A stretch of 64,000 nt of DNA. It comes from Laetmonice hystrix (lineage: Eukaryota). Where the stretch lies: positions 58,280,001-58,344,000 of the forward strand of contig OZ249436.1 in NCBI GenBank assembly GCA_965235115.1. Reading direction: 5' to 3'. The translations under genes were made by a program, and so were the position numbers. The number at the start of each line of letters is the position of its first letter. Within the stretch, counting starts at the first letter, position 1. The notes under the pieces were generated by a model that worked only from the letters and a program-made list of their open reading frames with translations, was not told where the DNA came from and searched no databases. Shown here in pieces: positions 62,290-64,000 of the stretch.

Positions 62290-64000
62290 GTACAAGTGCC
62301 GGCTATTCCAGCAGCTTTTCTTCAATGATCCTTCACTGTATATATAATGGCAGCTTGACGGACAGAATAGGGGGAGCCATGCGTGCGCAAGGATCGATCA
62401 AGTCAACAAAGCCAACGTCAAAATCTATCAAAAAGTAGGACTCGAGTGTCAGAGATATACTTCCAAAGCAACAATATCTATGATGGAAGTTGAAGCCGTA
62501 CGTCCATATGCCACATTACATTCATGATTATCACTGGTTACGGCACTATTTGAGTCGGTAATATAGATATTCCTTCATGCTGTATGTATGTAGCATTTAT
62601 CTTGACAATTAACACAGCTCCAAGGTTATCTTTTCCTACAATCTCATTATTTTTGATTTACTTTTCCAGCATGTAGCCAGAGTGGCTACGTTCACGTTCC
62701 GGTGTGGTGCCGCTGTGGAACTGCCGAAACCTACACTTAACTTTCGGAGTTGATGCATATCTTATACTGGGGAATTTCACTGTCAATTATCTTTGGCAGA
62801 ATGTGACGCATGCGAAATTCTAGACTTATTTAATCTTAAACCTACTTTAAGATACGGTGGTGATGAGGAAGCGGATGATAACCATAATACATAATCCGAT
62901 AGAGTACAGCCCACCCTCCCTAACATACAATTATTCTATCCTCGGGCCATACAAACGGTTTTAAGCCAGTAGCTGTCTGAAAGTTCTCCACTTCCTCAGC
63001 TATTCCTTGGCCTGTTCTTCTAAAGCTACCTCTGACCTATGATCCAAAGTCACATCAAATACCGTGGGACTACCCGTTCAATCTCAGTTCAGTCACCTCC
63101 CGAGTGTTTTGTTCACTTACACAGACACATCTACTCTCTTAAATACAGAATAAACCTCGACAGCCAACCCATCTCCGGCAAAACGGCCCACTGCAGAGCT
63201 TCACTTGGAATGTACGGTGGCCAAAATTGGCCGTAAGGACAAGAGGTTGTGTATAAATCCTTGACAAGCAGTGCTTTTAAGGCCTACTCTTAAGGAACGG
63301 TGCTTTGGCGAATAACGCTCTCTATAATGCCTTGAGTGCACCCATGAACAAAACAAGAGAAACAGGATTTCCACGAAGTTAAATATCCCAGTAAACAAAA
63401 TACAAAATACTCTGTGTGTGTGTGTTAATTTGCACCCCCACACCCACTCTTTGTTCAGTGTAGGCTGACTATATAACTGCCAATATTTACGATTAGGCCC
63501 CCAGTTGGGGGGGGATCTAACTGATCTTCCTATGTCCGATGTATGATTATTTTGAATACACGAAATCTTTGTGGTGTCCTGCGTTGCTCGTATGAATTTT
63601 GAGAGAAAGTTCCAGCGTCATCAAGGCCTAGACTTGTAACCCACGATACGTGGGGCCTTTCTCCTAGCCAGGCGTCCCGGTGCGGTCGACCGACCCACTC
63701 GATTCAGTCTGCCAGAACACAAGTGCCAAGCACGGTCCCCATGGGAGTTTCTGACCCTTGGGTCTCTGGCCTCCGCCTCGTCTGGACGACATGAAGACCC
63801 TTTTTCTGCCGGACCTACTGCCCTGTCCATTAGTCGTCTCTGCCCGACCAAAGCCTTAATTCAGTGCAGCTGATTTACAGTGAGTTACCGGTTGACCTAC
63901 CTTTAAACTCTCATCTTTCTAACCGCAACCTCCCCACCCCATCCCTTCCAATCCCCTTGGCGTGCCCCCACAAGGGGAGTCAGGACAGTAAGCACCCACT

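Overview
This window reads as repeat-rich, gene-poor eukaryotic (invertebrate animal-like) genomic DNA, not prokaryotic sequence. It is AT-rich with scattered 150-500 bp GC-rich islands and GT-AG spliced fragments, and has no operons, rRNA, tRNA or CRISPR. Almost every ORF in the track over 130 aa that I could explain is an artefact of four minisatellite arrays (40, 37, 44 and 50 bp units). Supportable features are: those arrays; several MITEs (Tc1/mariner-type with TA target sites, PIF/Harbinger-type with CTG target sites); a spliced but disrupted MADF/BESS-like pseudogene; a second spliced transposon-associated gene remnant; decayed retroelement fragments; and a few isolated candidate exons, best the ATG-containing one at 27503-27613 (-). 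No complete host gene could be assembled by eye. The most unusual structures are a recent ~360 bp fold-back duplication that starts at a microhomology inside a Harbinger MITE terminus (61375-62289), an 80 bp inverted templated copy (24117-25447), and shared motifs between minisatellites 56 kb apart. I found no evidence for a new multi-gene system. All family assignments come from motif recognition by eye, without database searches.
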